DNA of 64,000 bases from an uncultured Gemmatimonadales bacterium. Its GTDB lineage: Bacteria > Gemmatimonadota > Gemmatimonadetes > Gemmatimonadales > Gemmatimonadaceae. This document shows, piece after piece, positions 39,971 through 50,076 of this stretch. The notes beneath the pieces are model-generated. The model ran no database searches. It saw nothing but the letters and a program-made list of their open reading frames with translations, and was not told where the DNA came from. The stretch lies in NCBI GenBank assembly GCA_963701965.1, contig OY969695.1:2176001-2240000 (forward strand), read 5' to 3'. Each line of letters opens with the position of its first letter. The first letter of the stretch is position 1. Both the position numbers and the translations under genes were made by a program.

Positions 39971-41479
39971 GTGGAGGTACGGAACGTGGATGTCGTCTCG
40001 GTGGCATGCGACGTCCGACAGCCTGGCACGCCGCTGCCTCATGCATGGGAGCACACCGTCGGGAGCGGGCATGCGCTCCTCGCGCTACGCGCGGACTACC
40101 AGGCGCAACTCCAACGCTGCCACGATGAGTTGGGGATGCGCCACGTGCGCTTCCACGGACTTCTGTCGGACGATGTGGGAACGCTCGTCTGCGTGCAGAA
40201 CCACTTGCTCTATTCGTTCTTCAACGCTGAGACGATCTGGGATGCGCTCCTCGCGATGGACGTGCGACCATTCGTCGAGTTGAGCTTCATGCCGGCGACC
40301 CTGGCCTCGGGGCCGCAAGTCGTCTTCCACTACGCCGGCCGCATCAGCCCGCCCAAGGACTACACGGAGTGGGCCGAGCTCGTTCGGCGATTGGCCGCCC
40401 ACGCGGTGAGACGATATGGGCGCGACGAGGTCGCGCGTTGGTTCTTCGAGGCGTGGAACGAGCCGAATCTCGACGCGTTCTGGACGGGCAGCCAGAGCGA
40501 TTACTTCCGGCTCTATCAGCACACGGCACAGGCGATTAGAAGCGTCGATGACACGCTGCGCGTCGGCGGCCCCGCAACCGCCGGCAACGAATGGATCTCG
40601 GACTTTCTGGCCTTCTGCGAGCATACCCACGTCCCGGCGGACTTTGTCAGTACCCATCACTATCCGACCGATGCCTTCGGTCGGCCGGGCGACGACACGG
40701 TCGGTCAGCTCGCGGCCAGCACCCGAAGCGTGTTGCGTGACCGCGCCCGTGCGACGCACAGTCTGGTCGGCGACCGGCCGCTGTTTTACACGGAATGGTG
40801 TACGTCGTCCAACCCGCGCGACGCGCTGCACGATGAGCCGTATGCGGCGGCCGTCATCGTGAAAACCATGCTCGAGGCGCGCGGGTTCACGACCGGGTAC
40901 AGCTGGTGGACGTTCAGCGACCTGTTCGAAGAGAACTACTTCCCATCAGCGCCGTTCCATGGCGGATTCGGGCTGCTGACACTCCACGGCATCGCGAAGC
41001 CGTCGTATTGGGCCTTTGCGCTATTGCATCGTCTTGGTACGGATTTGGTGTTCGCCATGGAGAACGTCCACCCGACGGTCAATGCGTGGATCGTCCGGCA
41101 GCCTGACGACCGCGGCGTCACGGTCCTGCTCACCAATCACGCCTTGCCGCGCCACGACATCGCGACGGCGCACGTGCATATCGTGTTGAGCGGCATCGCT
41201 CGTCCCGCCGTGGTGATGACTCGCCGGATCGACGAGGCCCACGGTAACGCGAAGGCGCACTGGTGCACGCTCGGCAGTCCTGGCACGCTCTCGGTCGCCC
41301 AGGTCGATGAGCTCCGGGACGTGTCTCGCCTGGTGGCCGAACGGCAACCGTGGCGCTATGAAGACGGCGCGGTCCACATCGAGTTGGATCTTCCGCCTCA
41401 CGCGGTGGCGAGCGTGACGGTCGACACCTCGGTTGCGCCCGCCGAGCCGCCCGACGAATCGCCGACGCCCTGCACCTGA
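39971..41479 (+). CDS. GH39 beta-xylosidase
   Basis: VRFHGL, PFVELSFMP, WNEP acid/base, FVSTHHYPTD, TEW nucleophile, WTFSD.FEE, FHGGFGL. Confidence 0.93.
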   Translation: MEVRNVDVVSVACDVRQPGTPLPHAWEHTVGSGHALLALRADYQAQLQRCHDELGMRHVRFHGLLSDDVGTLVCVQNHLLYSFFNAETIWDALLAMDVRPFVELSFMPATLASGPQVVFHYAGRISPPKDYTEWAELVRRLAAHAVRRYGRDEVARWFFEAWNEPNLDAFWTGSQSDYFRLYQHTAQAIRSVDDTLRVGGPATAGNEWISDFLAFCEHTHVPADFVSTHHYPTDAFGRPGDDTVGQLAASTRSVLRDRARATHSLVGDRPLFYTEWCTSSNPRDALHDEPYAAAVIVKTMLEARGFTTGYSWWTFSDLFEENYFPSAPFHGGFGLLTLHGIAKPSYWAFALLHRLGTDLVFAMENVHPTVNAWIVRQPDDRGVTVLLTNHALPRHDIATAHVHIVLSGIARPAVVMTRRIDEAHGNAKAHWCTLGSPGTLSVAQVDELRDVSRLVAERQPWRYEDGAVHIELDLPPHAVASVTVDTSVAPAEPPDESPTPCT

Positions 41480-41521
41480 GAGGGGGGCGCGCCGCGTCGT
41501 CAGCGTCGGTGACGACCGTTA

Positions 41522-42130
41522 CTAGCGGTAGTTGCTGAATGTCGGTGGTTCATAGGCGTAAGTCGCCATGATGACACCAGTCGACGTCGCTTCACTCACC
41601 AGCAGCTTCATCGCGACTGGATGCGTGGTGCTGCCGAAGAGCCTTCTACCCTTTCCCAGCGCCAAGGGAAATGTCATCAGCAGGAGGCGATCGATGAGAT
41701 TGGCCTCCAACAGCTGCGGATAGAGGGTCGAACTGCCCCACAAGACAATGTCAGGCCCGTCGCCAGCTTTGACCTTCTTCAATTCGTCAACGCCGCGCAC
41801 CTGGTGGCTATTGACCCAGCCAAGGGTCCCCGTGCCGCTTGTCATCACATACTTCGTGGCCTTGGTGAGCACAGGCCCAATGGGATCGTCCCCAGGGACG
41901 TGCGGCCAATAGTTGGCCCAGATGTCGTACGTCTTGCGCCCGAACAGCAGGTCATTTGGCTTGGCGAGGGTGCCTACCATCCGCAGGACGGCGGCACCGG
42001 ATTTCTCATCCGAGTATTTCACGACCCATCCGCCAAGATCGAACCCGCCGCTCGGATCTTCAGTCGGGCCGCCAGGACCTTGCATCACGCCATCGAGCGA
42101 CACATATGCAATAGCAATGATCTTTCTCAC
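41522..42130 (-). CDS. Dihydrofolate reductase-like (RibD C-terminal) protein
   Basis: SLDGVMQGPGGP.ED..GGF..GGW, LLFGRKTY, WGSSTL, LGKGRRLF. Confidence 0.92.
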   Translation of the reverse strand: MRKIIAIAYVSLDGVMQGPGGPTEDPSGGFDLGGWVVKYSDEKSGAAVLRMVGTLAKPNDLLFGRKTYDIWANYWPHVPGDDPIGPVLTKATKYVMTSGTGTLGWVNSHQVRGVDELKKVKAGDGPDIVLWGSSTLYPQLLEANLIDRLLLMTFPLALGKGRRLFGSTTHPVAMKLLVSEATSTGVIMATYAYEPPTFSNYR

Positions 42131-42366
42131 TTTCGTCTCCTAGTGCCGGACGTCGTGACCGGATTCCACCCTGCGATCGACGGTTGGAAGAACGAGTTCG
42201 CGCGGATGCTGACAGACGACGCGATTCTAGGGGATCCTGAACTCTCGCTCTCTACTCATGAATCTATCTACGTTCCCGAGGCTGGCCTAGCAGAATATCA
42301 ATGTCGATGCGAACGGATGCGACGCGTCATTTAGCGCCAGTCTTCGATAGCCTGGCGATGATCACA

Positions 42367-43089
42367 TCATCGTCCGAATGCCCACGCCACCATCAGCGGG
42401 AACTCTTCTCGCCAGAATGCGCCACCGTGCGACCCCGCTCGCTCATTCATGACAACATCCGCGTCTGCATCGCGCAGCGCGTCCGCCCACGTCCTTGCGT
42501 TCTCGAGGAAGAAGGGCTCCTGTGTGCCAGCGACAAGGTAGGTGCGCGGAAGCGGTCTCGGCATAACGCCCGGCGGCTTGTAACCACCGCCGGGCGAGGC
42601 GCAGAAGACCGCGCCGTAGACATCGGGATGCCTAAGCCCAAGAGCGAGCGCCAGCTCTCCACCCGCCGAGACGCCGAATACGGCGGTACGTTCAGTGCGC
42701 AGCGCCACGCCAAACTGGGACTCAGTCCATCGGCGAACGTCCTCTACGAAGAACTTCTCGTGTCCGGCGAAGCGCTCCGGCTCAAAACCCGGTGAGTACT
42801 CATGGAGCCGCGGCATCTCGTCGGTCAGCCCATGTACGCCGACGATCATTGTGGACGGTACGTCGGCCTTCTCGAGCAACGGGCCCCACTGCGAGATTCG
42901 CTGACCGTCACCGGCGAAGACGATGGCTTCGGGCGGCTTCGGTGGCACGTACACCGTGACTTGCCTTCCGCCGTCGTACTCTAATGTGCCGGTGACGAAC
43001 TCTCCCGAGACTGCGCCGGTTGGTTTGGCGGGCGCTCCGTCGGACATACTGGGCTTGCTGCTGGCGTGATTGCCTGTTTGTTCCTTCAT
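42367..43089 (-). CDS. Putative esterase (Fes-like alpha/beta hydrolase)
   Basis: VYVPP, GDGQ, HEYSP, GVSAGG, AGTQE, GSHG. Confidence 0.85.
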   Translation of the reverse strand: MKEQTGNHASSKPSMSDGAPAKPTGAVSGEFVTGTLEYDGGRQVTVYVPPKPPEAIVFAGDGQRISQWGPLLEKADVPSTMIVGVHGLTDEMPRLHEYSPGFEPERFAGHEKFFVEDVRRWTESQFGVALRTERTAVFGVSAGGELALALGLRHPDVYGAVFCASPGGGYKPPGVMPRPLPRTYLVAGTQEPFFLENARTWADALRDADADVVMNERAGSHGGAFWREEFPLMVAWAFGR

Positions 43090-43350
43090 GGCCTCGCCTT
43101 CATTCTTGAAGTTTGGACCATCACCCAGAGAATGCGAAACGCCGCGTCACCGTCGTTTGGAACAGACCGCGCCAACAAGCGTCGGGTCCCGTTACGCGTG
43201 GTTGTCGTCCTATGGTCACTCGTGGCCTGGCCTGACAGTGCGATGGGCCAGACGGGCGATTGGATGCTGCCGGCTTTCACGCCGAAAATGTACGACGCGG
43301 CGACCTATGACATCGACCGGAACGAAACCGGTTCGGTCGATGCGCTCAAC

Positions 43351-45798
43351 TCAGGTAGATGTGAGCGCGAGCGCGGGATTGACGCGGGTCGTCCGGAAGG
43401 CGGGCACGCTGGCGGCGCCGAGTGCCACCACCGCAAACGTCACGGCGGCGCCCACGAAGATACCCGGATCGTGGGGGCTGACACCGACGAAGAGTTCGGC
43501 CAGTATGCGCGTCAGGATCCACGCCGCGAGTGATCCGAGCGCAATGCCAATAGTCGCCAGCGCGAGGGCGCGCCGCACGACGTCGGCCATGACGTGCGAG
43601 TGACGGGCGCCAAGGGCGAGACGGACGGCAATCTCCCGCTGGCGCTGTCCGACAATGTACGCGAGGACGCTGTAAATGCCGACGACGCCGAGGAGGAGCG
43701 CGACGCTGGCGAAGAGCGAAGCGAGGAACGTGGAGAAGCGCGTCGAGCCCACCGATTGGTCGAGCCGCTCGGTCATCGTCTTGATGTCGGTCACCGGCAC
43801 CAGGCGATCCAGGCCCGCGACGGTCTGTTTCAGCACCCGCGTTTGGGCTTGCGGATCTCCCACGGTACGCAGTGAGACAAATACTTGGACGGCTCTCGCG
43901 CCGAGGAGTTGCGCGGTCGGTCGGTAGTACGTCGGCTCGAGGTCGGCGGCGAGCCCGTTCTCTTTGACCGGCGCGACGACTCCGACGATCTGCAGCGTAT
44001 CACTTGTCATCTCGGCGGGGCGATCGATGACGAGGAACTGGCCGAGCGGATCACGGCCATCGAAGAACCGCCTGGCGAAGAGTGCGTCTACGACGGCGAT
44101 TTTCGCCGCGCGACTATCGTCGGTTGCACGCATGCCCCGCCCGCGCAGCAATTGGATGCCCATCGTCCGGAAGTAGTCCGGGCTGACAGAATTCGCAAGC
44201 GCGGCCGGGGTATGACTCGGATCCGTTGGGGCATCGCCGAGTATGTGGAATGGGAATTTGCGACTCATCATCCAGGCGGGTATGATCCCGCTGACACTCG
44301 CGCTCGAGATGCCCGGTTTGGCTTCGAGCTGCTCGACCAGCGTCGTGAGAAATTGGTTCTGACGTTCCGCGGTCGGATAGCGCTCGGCCGGGAATGCGAT
44401 CTGGGCCGTGAGCACGCCGCGTGGTCGGAACCCCGGATCCATCAATTGAAAGCGCGCGAAGCTCTCGACGAAGAGTCCGGCCCCGGTCAGCAGCACGAGC
44501 GCGATGGCGATTTGCGCGATGACCAGTCCGTCCTGGAGGCGGTGCTGTTGCGCCGAGCCGGTGCCACGTCCGCCTTCTTTCAGGACGCTCGCGAGATCGG
44601 CGCGCGACGCCTGCCAGGCGGGGATGACGCCGAAAATAAATACCGTGGCGAGCGACGTGAGGCCACAGAACGCCACCACGCGGGCATCGACGCCGATATC
44701 CGTCAGTCGCGGCAGCGTCGGTGGCGCCAGCGCGCGCAGCACCCGTACGCCCATCATCGCGAGCACAACGCCGAGCGCCCCAGCCGCGATGCCGAGCGTC
44801 GCGGCTTCGACCACCAGCTCACGGACCAGGTGGCCGCGCGTGGCGCCGAGCGCGGTGCGCAGGGCCATCTCGCGCTCGCGCGCCAGGCATCGGACGAGGA
44901 AGAGGTTGGCGAGATTCGCGGCGCCGACGAGGAGGACGCAGCCGGCGGCGGCGAGCAGCATGACGAGCATCGGTCGTACCGGTCCCACCAGATTGTCGAC
45001 CAGTGAGCCGCTCGTCACGGACCAGTGCGCGTTCGATTTCGGATACGCCGCGGCGAGTTGATCAGCGATCGTCTTCAACTCCGTCTCACCACCGGCGGCG
45101 GTGACGCCGGGTGCGAGTCGGGCATACGTATCGAGATAGTGGTCGACGCGATCGGTCGCTTCGATCGGCTCGAAGAAGATGCGGGTCCACATTTCGACGG
45201 GGCCCGGCAACCCTCGCGGCATCACGCCCACGACGGTATAGACGTGCTGGCGCGTCGGACGCGCGTCGTTGGGGTTGTCGATCGTGAGCGTCTGACCGAG
45301 CGCGGAGGGCGAGCCTCCGAAACGGCGCTGCCAGTAGCCGTAGCCGATCATGACCTCGGCGGGGCCGCTCGTATCCGGCGCCAGCGTCCGGCCGAGGATT
45401 GGGGCGATGCCAAGCGTCGTGAAGTAGTTGGGCGTAACGGCGAGGCCGACGACGCGATCCGCCTCTTGGTCGCCGGCGACGGTCAGTCGCAGCGCCGTGC
45501 CGCAGCAGGCGACGGCGATCGACGAGAAGGCATGGCTCCGTGCTTGCCAGTCGAAGAAATTGGCGGTGGCGACGCCGGCGCGCGGCGTGTGCTCCGTCGC
45601 GTTGCTCTCCCAGAGAACCCGGACGCGATCCGGGTCGCGATAGGGGAACGCCTTGAGGAGCACGCCATCGACGACGCTGAACACGGAGGCCGTCGCGCCG
45701 ATCGCAACGGCGAGGGTGAGCGTTGCCGCAATGGTGAATGCGGGGCTTCCGCGCAGCCGGCGGAGCGCGAACCGGAATTCGCCAGGTGGCATTCTCAT
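43351..45798 (-). CDS. ADOP-family duplicated ABC permease
   Basis: TLAVAIGATASVFSVV, ANLANLFL, LKEGGRG, RQREIAVRLALGA. Confidence 0.94.
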   Translation of the reverse strand: MRMPPGEFRFALRRLRGSPAFTIAATLTLAVAIGATASVFSVVDGVLLKAFPYRDPDRVRVLWESNATEHTPRAGVATANFFDWQARSHAFSSIAVACCGTALRLTVAGDQEADRVVGLAVTPNYFTTLGIAPILGRTLAPDTSGPAEVMIGYGYWQRRFGGSPSALGQTLTIDNPNDARPTRQHVYTVVGVMPRGLPGPVEMWTRIFFEPIEATDRVDHYLDTYARLAPGVTAAGGETELKTIADQLAAAYPKSNAHWSVTSGSLVDNLVGPVRPMLVMLLAAAGCVLLVGAANLANLFLVRCLAREREMALRTALGATRGHLVRELVVEAATLGIAAGALGVVLAMMGVRVLRALAPPTLPRLTDIGVDARVVAFCGLTSLATVFIFGVIPAWQASRADLASVLKEGGRGTGSAQQHRLQDGLVIAQIAIALVLLTGAGLFVESFARFQLMDPGFRPRGVLTAQIAFPAERYPTAERQNQFLTTLVEQLEAKPGISSASVSGIIPAWMMSRKFPFHILGDAPTDPSHTPAALANSVSPDYFRTMGIQLLRGRGMRATDDSRAAKIAVVDALFARRFFDGRDPLGQFLVIDRPAEMTSDTLQIVGVVAPVKENGLAADLEPTYYRPTAQLLGARAVQVFVSLRTVGDPQAQTRVLKQTVAGLDRLVPVTDIKTMTERLDQSVGSTRFSTFLASLFASVALLLGVVGIYSVLAYIVGQRQREIAVRLALGARHSHVMADVVRRALALATIGIALGSLAAWILTRILAELFVGVSPHDPGIFVGAAVTFAVVALGAASVPAFRTTRVNPALALTST

Positions 45799-45913
45799 AT
45801 GCCGGTCTATTTAGCTCACGAGACGTTCGACGGCTAGGTCACCGTCAGCGCGTCCCAAATGCGAACACTTCGGTGGGGAATCGGAACACCCCTCCGGTGC
45901 ACCAAGCAGAGCC

Positions 45914-46327
45914 TCACGCAGGGGCACCATGTTTGCGCTGCGCGGTGGCACGCCATGGCACATGCTCCCACAGCCCGCGCGCCGAGAGCATGACGGAGAA
46001 GAGAGCGGTCACGCCGAGCGCGAGGAGCGTCCAGATAAAGAAGAAGGCTCCGTTGGACTTGGCGATCGCTCCGCCGACTCCCGCCCCCCCCATGTGGACG
46101 ACCGGGACGACCAACTCAAGGAGCGACGCGAGGAGGATGATGACGTACCCAGATCGCTTTCCGGCCAGCACCAGCGTTCCGTACAGCTGGACCACAAGAA
46201 TGGGCAGCACAATCAGGTCTGAAAGCGTTCCTGGCTCCATGCCCCGCACGATGTCGTCCGTCAGGTGCAACGTCATGAAGAGGATCGAGAGGAGAGACGC
46301 GATGGTGAGCGTACCGTTCTGTTTCAT
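45914..46327 (-). CDS. Hypothetical 4-TM membrane protein
   Basis: AGGAG RBS; HLTDDIVRG, LYGTLVLA.KRSGY. Confidence 0.8.
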   Translation of the reverse strand: MKQNGTLTIASLLSILFMTLHLTDDIVRGMEPGTLSDLIVLPILVVQLYGTLVLAGKRSGYVIILLASLLELVVPVVHMGGAGVGGAIAKSNGAFFFIWTLLALGVTALFSVMLSARGLWEHVPWRATAQRKHGAPA

Positions 46328-46387
46328 TGGATATCTCCTTGTTAGAACTGGAGCACCCTGGTCTTGAAATGCGCGCGCGCAGGTGCT

Positions 46388-46810
46388 TTACGCTTTAGCA
46401 ACGCGCGGCTCACTGACAGGGGCAGCGCGGGCCGGTGCTGGTTCTTTTGTCGGAACGACGACAAGGAGCAAGACTCCAACACCGCCAATGATCACGATGT
46501 CCAAGGGACTGTCGGCTCTGTGAATCCCATGGGCCCAGGCCTCGGCTGATTGGATGGTCATCGTGAACGCATGGGCAAGGCTTGACCAAGCCCCATAGGC
46601 GATCAGCGAGCGATGCCTCGCCGGCTGCTTGACCGCCAGCAACAGAAAGACCCCGAGCACGGCGTTAAGGCTCGTGAACATCGGCAAGGCATCCTGATTG
46701 CCCTGAAGCCAACGGGAGTGCCAGAGCACATCGAACGTGATGTAGACCCAGGTGAAATAAAACAAACCCACCAAGACCAAGACGACCTGCACCGCGCGCT
46801 CGCGCTTCAT
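46388..46810 (-). CDS. Membrane protein (DUF6632-like)
   Basis: MKRERA..VVLVLVGL, LGVFLLLA..P..HRSLIA..AWSS.AH; family name from recall only. Confidence 0.78.
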   Translation of the reverse strand: MKRERAVQVVLVLVGLFYFTWVYITFDVLWHSRWLQGNQDALPMFTSLNAVLGVFLLLAVKQPARHRSLIAYGAWSSLAHAFTMTIQSAEAWAHGIHRADSPLDIVIIGGVGVLLLVVVPTKEPAPARAAPVSEPRVAKA

Positions 46811-46850
46811 ACGGGTCTCCATTGGGGGAAGGAAACTTCTACCGGCGCTT

Positions 46851-49550
46851 CTACTCCGTCCGCAGCGTGATCGCGGGATCGACGTGAGCGGCTCGGGCGG
46901 CCGGTACCCAGGAGGCCAAGAGGCCAACGATCGCGAGACCGATCACCGACCCACCGAACGTGAAGGGATCGTGGGGCGTGATGCCGAAGAGCAGGCTGCG
47001 CAACACCTCGGTCGCGAACAGCGCTCCGACGAGACCGAAAGCGACGCCGCTCAAGAGGAGCGCTCCACCTTCTCCCAGGATCATCCCGCGCACCCGCCGG
47101 GCGTCCGCACCCAAGCTCATCCGGATGCCGATCTCGGCCGTGCGCGAGCGCACGGAAAACGCGAGGACACCCGCGATACCGACCATGGCGATCGCCACCG
47201 CCAGACCGCCGAACACCGCCACGAACATGGCGTTGAGGCGTCGCGGCGCCACCGACTCGTAACGGATCTGGTCCAGCGTCTCAATGTGCTCTATCAGCTG
47301 CTGGGGCGCCATGGTGTGGATCGTCCGCGCGATTGTCGCTCCCAGCGTCGGCGCATCAGACCCTGTGCGGACGACTAACGCGCCACTCGGAATGAACTCC
47401 TGCGCGAAGGGTTCGTAGACGGTTGGCTCAGGGTCACTCTCCACGCCGGACTCTCGCGCGTCCCGCACGACCCCGACGATCGTGCGCCAGTCGTCGGTAA
47501 AGGGGGTCACCTTGAGCACATCACCCGTCGGTGCGATCCGATGCCCGATCGGATCGGCGTCACCGAACATCTGTCGAGCAAACGACTCGCTGACGATCGC
47601 TACCCGAGGCGCGCCGACCCGATCGATCGCCTCGAATTTCCGCCCCCGAACAATGGGTATCCCGACGGCGCCGAAGTATTGGGGATCCACGGACCGGAAG
47701 GGAGCTCTCGGCGTCGGTTCGTTCGGCACCAGTGGCCGCCCTTCCACCTTCAAGTCGAACGTGAGGATCGGCTCCCGGAGCGGCGGGACCTCAGCCAGCG
47801 CCGCGACGTCCACGCCAGGCAGCGCGGCCACTCGATCTCGCATCGCCTGGTACCGCCCGAGGTTGGCCGGATTCAGACTCTGACGTAAGCGGTCTACCGC
47901 CAGTGGGAGTTCCAGCGTGAGCACGTGTTCCATACGGAGACCCGTGTCAACGGCCTGCAGCTTGGTGATTGTGCGCGCGAGGAGCCCGGCGCCGGTGACC
48001 AGCACCATCGAAATCGCCACTTGGCCGACGACGAGGTTGCGCTGGATACGCTGCCGACGAGGTCCGAGCGTCGCGCGGCTGCCGGCAGGCATGAGCGATG
48101 GGACGAGGGCTCGCAATCCATCGAACGGCTGGATGAGCGCCAGGCCGATCGCTGCCAGAAGGCTCGACAGCACTCCCACTCCCAGCACGACTCCGTCGAC
48201 CTGGATTTCGGCCGCCCGCGGGGAGAACTGCGCGGCAAACGACACGAGGAGGTGAAGTGTCGAGTACGCGACGAGCACGCCCAACACGCCTCCGCTCAGC
48301 GCTAGCAGCAAGTTTTCCGCGAGCAGCAGTCGACGTAATCGCGCGCGACCCGCGCCAAGCGCGGCTCGAATGACCAGTTCCCGCTCCCGTCCCACGCCAC
48401 GCATGAGCGTGACATTGGACACGTTGGCGCAGGCAATCAGTAGCACGAACCCCGCAGCCCCGGCAAGCAGCCAGACCGTAAGGGCCGCTCGCTCATCCAA
48501 CGCCGAGTGCAGCGACTCCACGGTGATCGCGTATCGCGCTGCCGGCTCATACGCCTCGGGGTGAGCCTGAAACATGTGGGCGGCAATCTGCTGCAATTCG
48601 CTGCGCGCTTCCGGGATCGAGCGGTTGGGGTCCAAACGAGCGAACACCTGCGACATTCGGTGTGTGCGAAGCGTGACCATGGTCGGGCTCAGCTGATGCG
48701 GGCTGGTCACCGTATTCGCGTACAGGTCGGTCGCATCGGGAAATCGTGGCCCGGGCTCCGCCACGCCCACCACCGTCACCGGCCGGTCGTTCAGACGGAG
48801 CGAACGGCCGATGACTCGGCGATCGCCACCGAAGCGATCCCTCCAGAACGGGTATGAGAGAACGGCCACCGGCGCCGCCGCGGCTCCATCATCGTGCGGA
48901 CCCAACACGCGGCCCAACGCGGGTGCTGTTCCGATGACGTCGAAGTAGTTGCCACTGACGATGCCGACGGTCACACGCGCCGGCGCTCCGTTGTGATCGA
49001 CGAGGATGAACGGCACGGCCGAGGAGTACTCGCCGAACTCGCGTATCGTTTTCGACGCGTGGCGATACTCCACCAACTCAGGGACGGAGAACCGCACATC
49101 CGTTCGCCCGGCGCCAGGCATGTCCTGCCGCAGCACCAAGACCCGATCGGCATCACGATTGGGGAGCGGCCGAAGCAGCGTGCCCCGGAGGAGCGCGAAC
49201 ATCGCGGTGTTGGCACCGATCCCGAGTGCCAGCGTGATGATCACCGTCGCGGCGTAGCCCGGCGCGTGCGTCAAGTTGCGGATCGAGACCCTGATATCCC
49301 CGATGAGCTCCTCGAGCCAGCGAAGGCCGCGCGCATCGCGCACCTGATCCTTCTGGAACGCGACCCCGCCCATGGCGATGAGAGCGGCCTTGCGAGCGTC
49401 GTCGGGCGCCATGCCGCGTCGAATGTTCTCGACGATCTGCCGTTCAATGTGGTAGTGGAGCTCTTCGTCGAGCTCCGCGTCGACGGTGCCGCGGCGAAAC
49501 AGTGAGCGCACACGGAGGGGGATGATGAGCGCCAGGCGATCGAGGTCCAT
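46851..49550 (-). CDS. ADOP-family duplicated ABC permease with prefix domain
   Basis: ELDEELHYHIE, TLALGIGANTAMF, IACANVSN, RTAEIGIRMSLGA; start 1 bp after the padR stop. Confidence 0.94.
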   Translation of the reverse strand: MDLDRLALIIPLRVRSLFRRGTVDAELDEELHYHIERQIVENIRRGMAPDDARKAALIAMGGVAFQKDQVRDARGLRWLEELIGDIRVSIRNLTHAPGYAATVIITLALGIGANTAMFALLRGTLLRPLPNRDADRVLVLRQDMPGAGRTDVRFSVPELVEYRHASKTIREFGEYSSAVPFILVDHNGAPARVTVGIVSGNYFDVIGTAPALGRVLGPHDDGAAAAPVAVLSYPFWRDRFGGDRRVIGRSLRLNDRPVTVVGVAEPGPRFPDATDLYANTVTSPHQLSPTMVTLRTHRMSQVFARLDPNRSIPEARSELQQIAAHMFQAHPEAYEPAARYAITVESLHSALDERAALTVWLLAGAAGFVLLIACANVSNVTLMRGVGRERELVIRAALGAGRARLRRLLLAENLLLALSGGVLGVLVAYSTLHLLVSFAAQFSPRAAEIQVDGVVLGVGVLSSLLAAIGLALIQPFDGLRALVPSLMPAGSRATLGPRRQRIQRNLVVGQVAISMVLVTGAGLLARTITKLQAVDTGLRMEHVLTLELPLAVDRLRQSLNPANLGRYQAMRDRVAALPGVDVAALAEVPPLREPILTFDLKVEGRPLVPNEPTPRAPFRSVDPQYFGAVGIPIVRGRKFEAIDRVGAPRVAIVSESFARQMFGDADPIGHRIAPTGDVLKVTPFTDDWRTIVGVVRDARESGVESDPEPTVYEPFAQEFIPSGALVVRTGSDAPTLGATIARTIHTMAPQQLIEHIETLDQIRYESVAPRRLNAMFVAVFGGLAVAIAMVGIAGVLAFSVRSRTAEIGIRMSLGADARRVRGMILGEGGALLLSGVAFGLVGALFATEVLRSLLFGITPHDPFTFGGSVIGLAIVGLLASWVPAARAAHVDPAITLRTE

Positions 49551-49551
49551 C

Positions 49552-49887
49552 TCACGCCTCCTGAAGTCGGATGACCGCGCTGATCGCCGCCACGAGGCGG
49601 TCCCAGTTACTCGTCTCGACCTCGAGTTGGCGTCGCCCCGCCCGTGACAGCGAGTAGAACTTCGCTCGGCGGTTGTTCTCGCTGGCTCGCCATTCGGCAG
49701 TGATCCACCCCTGCTGCTCGAGCTTGTGCAGGGCGGGATACAGCGAGCCATCGCTCACCTGAAGCACGTCCGAAGAGAGTCGGCGCAGGCCCTGGCCGAT
49801 CGCCCAGCCATTCATCGACTCGAGCGCCAGCATCTTGAGGATCAACAGGTCCAGTGATCCCTGTACCAGGTCCTGCGGTTTGCTCAC
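49552..49887 (-). CDS. PadR-family regulator (acidobacterial type)
   Basis: QGSLDLLILK, GSLYPALHKLE, NNRRAKFYSL. Confidence 0.93.
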   Translation of the reverse strand: MSKPQDLVQGSLDLLILKMLALESMNGWAIGQGLRRLSSDVLQVSDGSLYPALHKLEQQGWITAEWRASENNRRAKFYSLSRAGRRQLEVETSNWDRLVAAISAVIRLQEA

Positions 49888-49895
49888 ACGGGTCC

Positions 49896-49916
49896 TCCAC
49901 TCGGTAACCGAGTGGA
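49896..49916. promoter_or_regulatory. Putative PadR operator
   Basis: Perfect inverted repeat TCCACTCGGT-A-ACCGAGTGGA overlapping the GGAGG RBS of padR. Confidence 0.75.
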
Positions 49917-50033
49917 CGATATGCTATTGCTCCGTGGCTTGCAAGCCCCGATATCACGTTTCCAAACAGCCGAGGGGGCGCCCAGGACCAAAAACGTACA
50001 CACTTTTCGATTTCGGGCGGGATGCGAAACGGC

Positions 50034-50076
50034 GCCACCTCCTGGACTCGAACCAGACTCTCCTGATCCAGAGTCA
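50034..50076 (-). repeat. Degenerate copy of the tRNA-Gln 3' half (att-like)
   Basis: GCCACCTCCTGGACTCGAACCAG-ACTCTCCTGATCCAGAGTCA vs tRNA GCCCCTCCTGGGCTCGAACCAGGACTCTCCTGATCCAGAGTCA. Confidence 0.85.
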
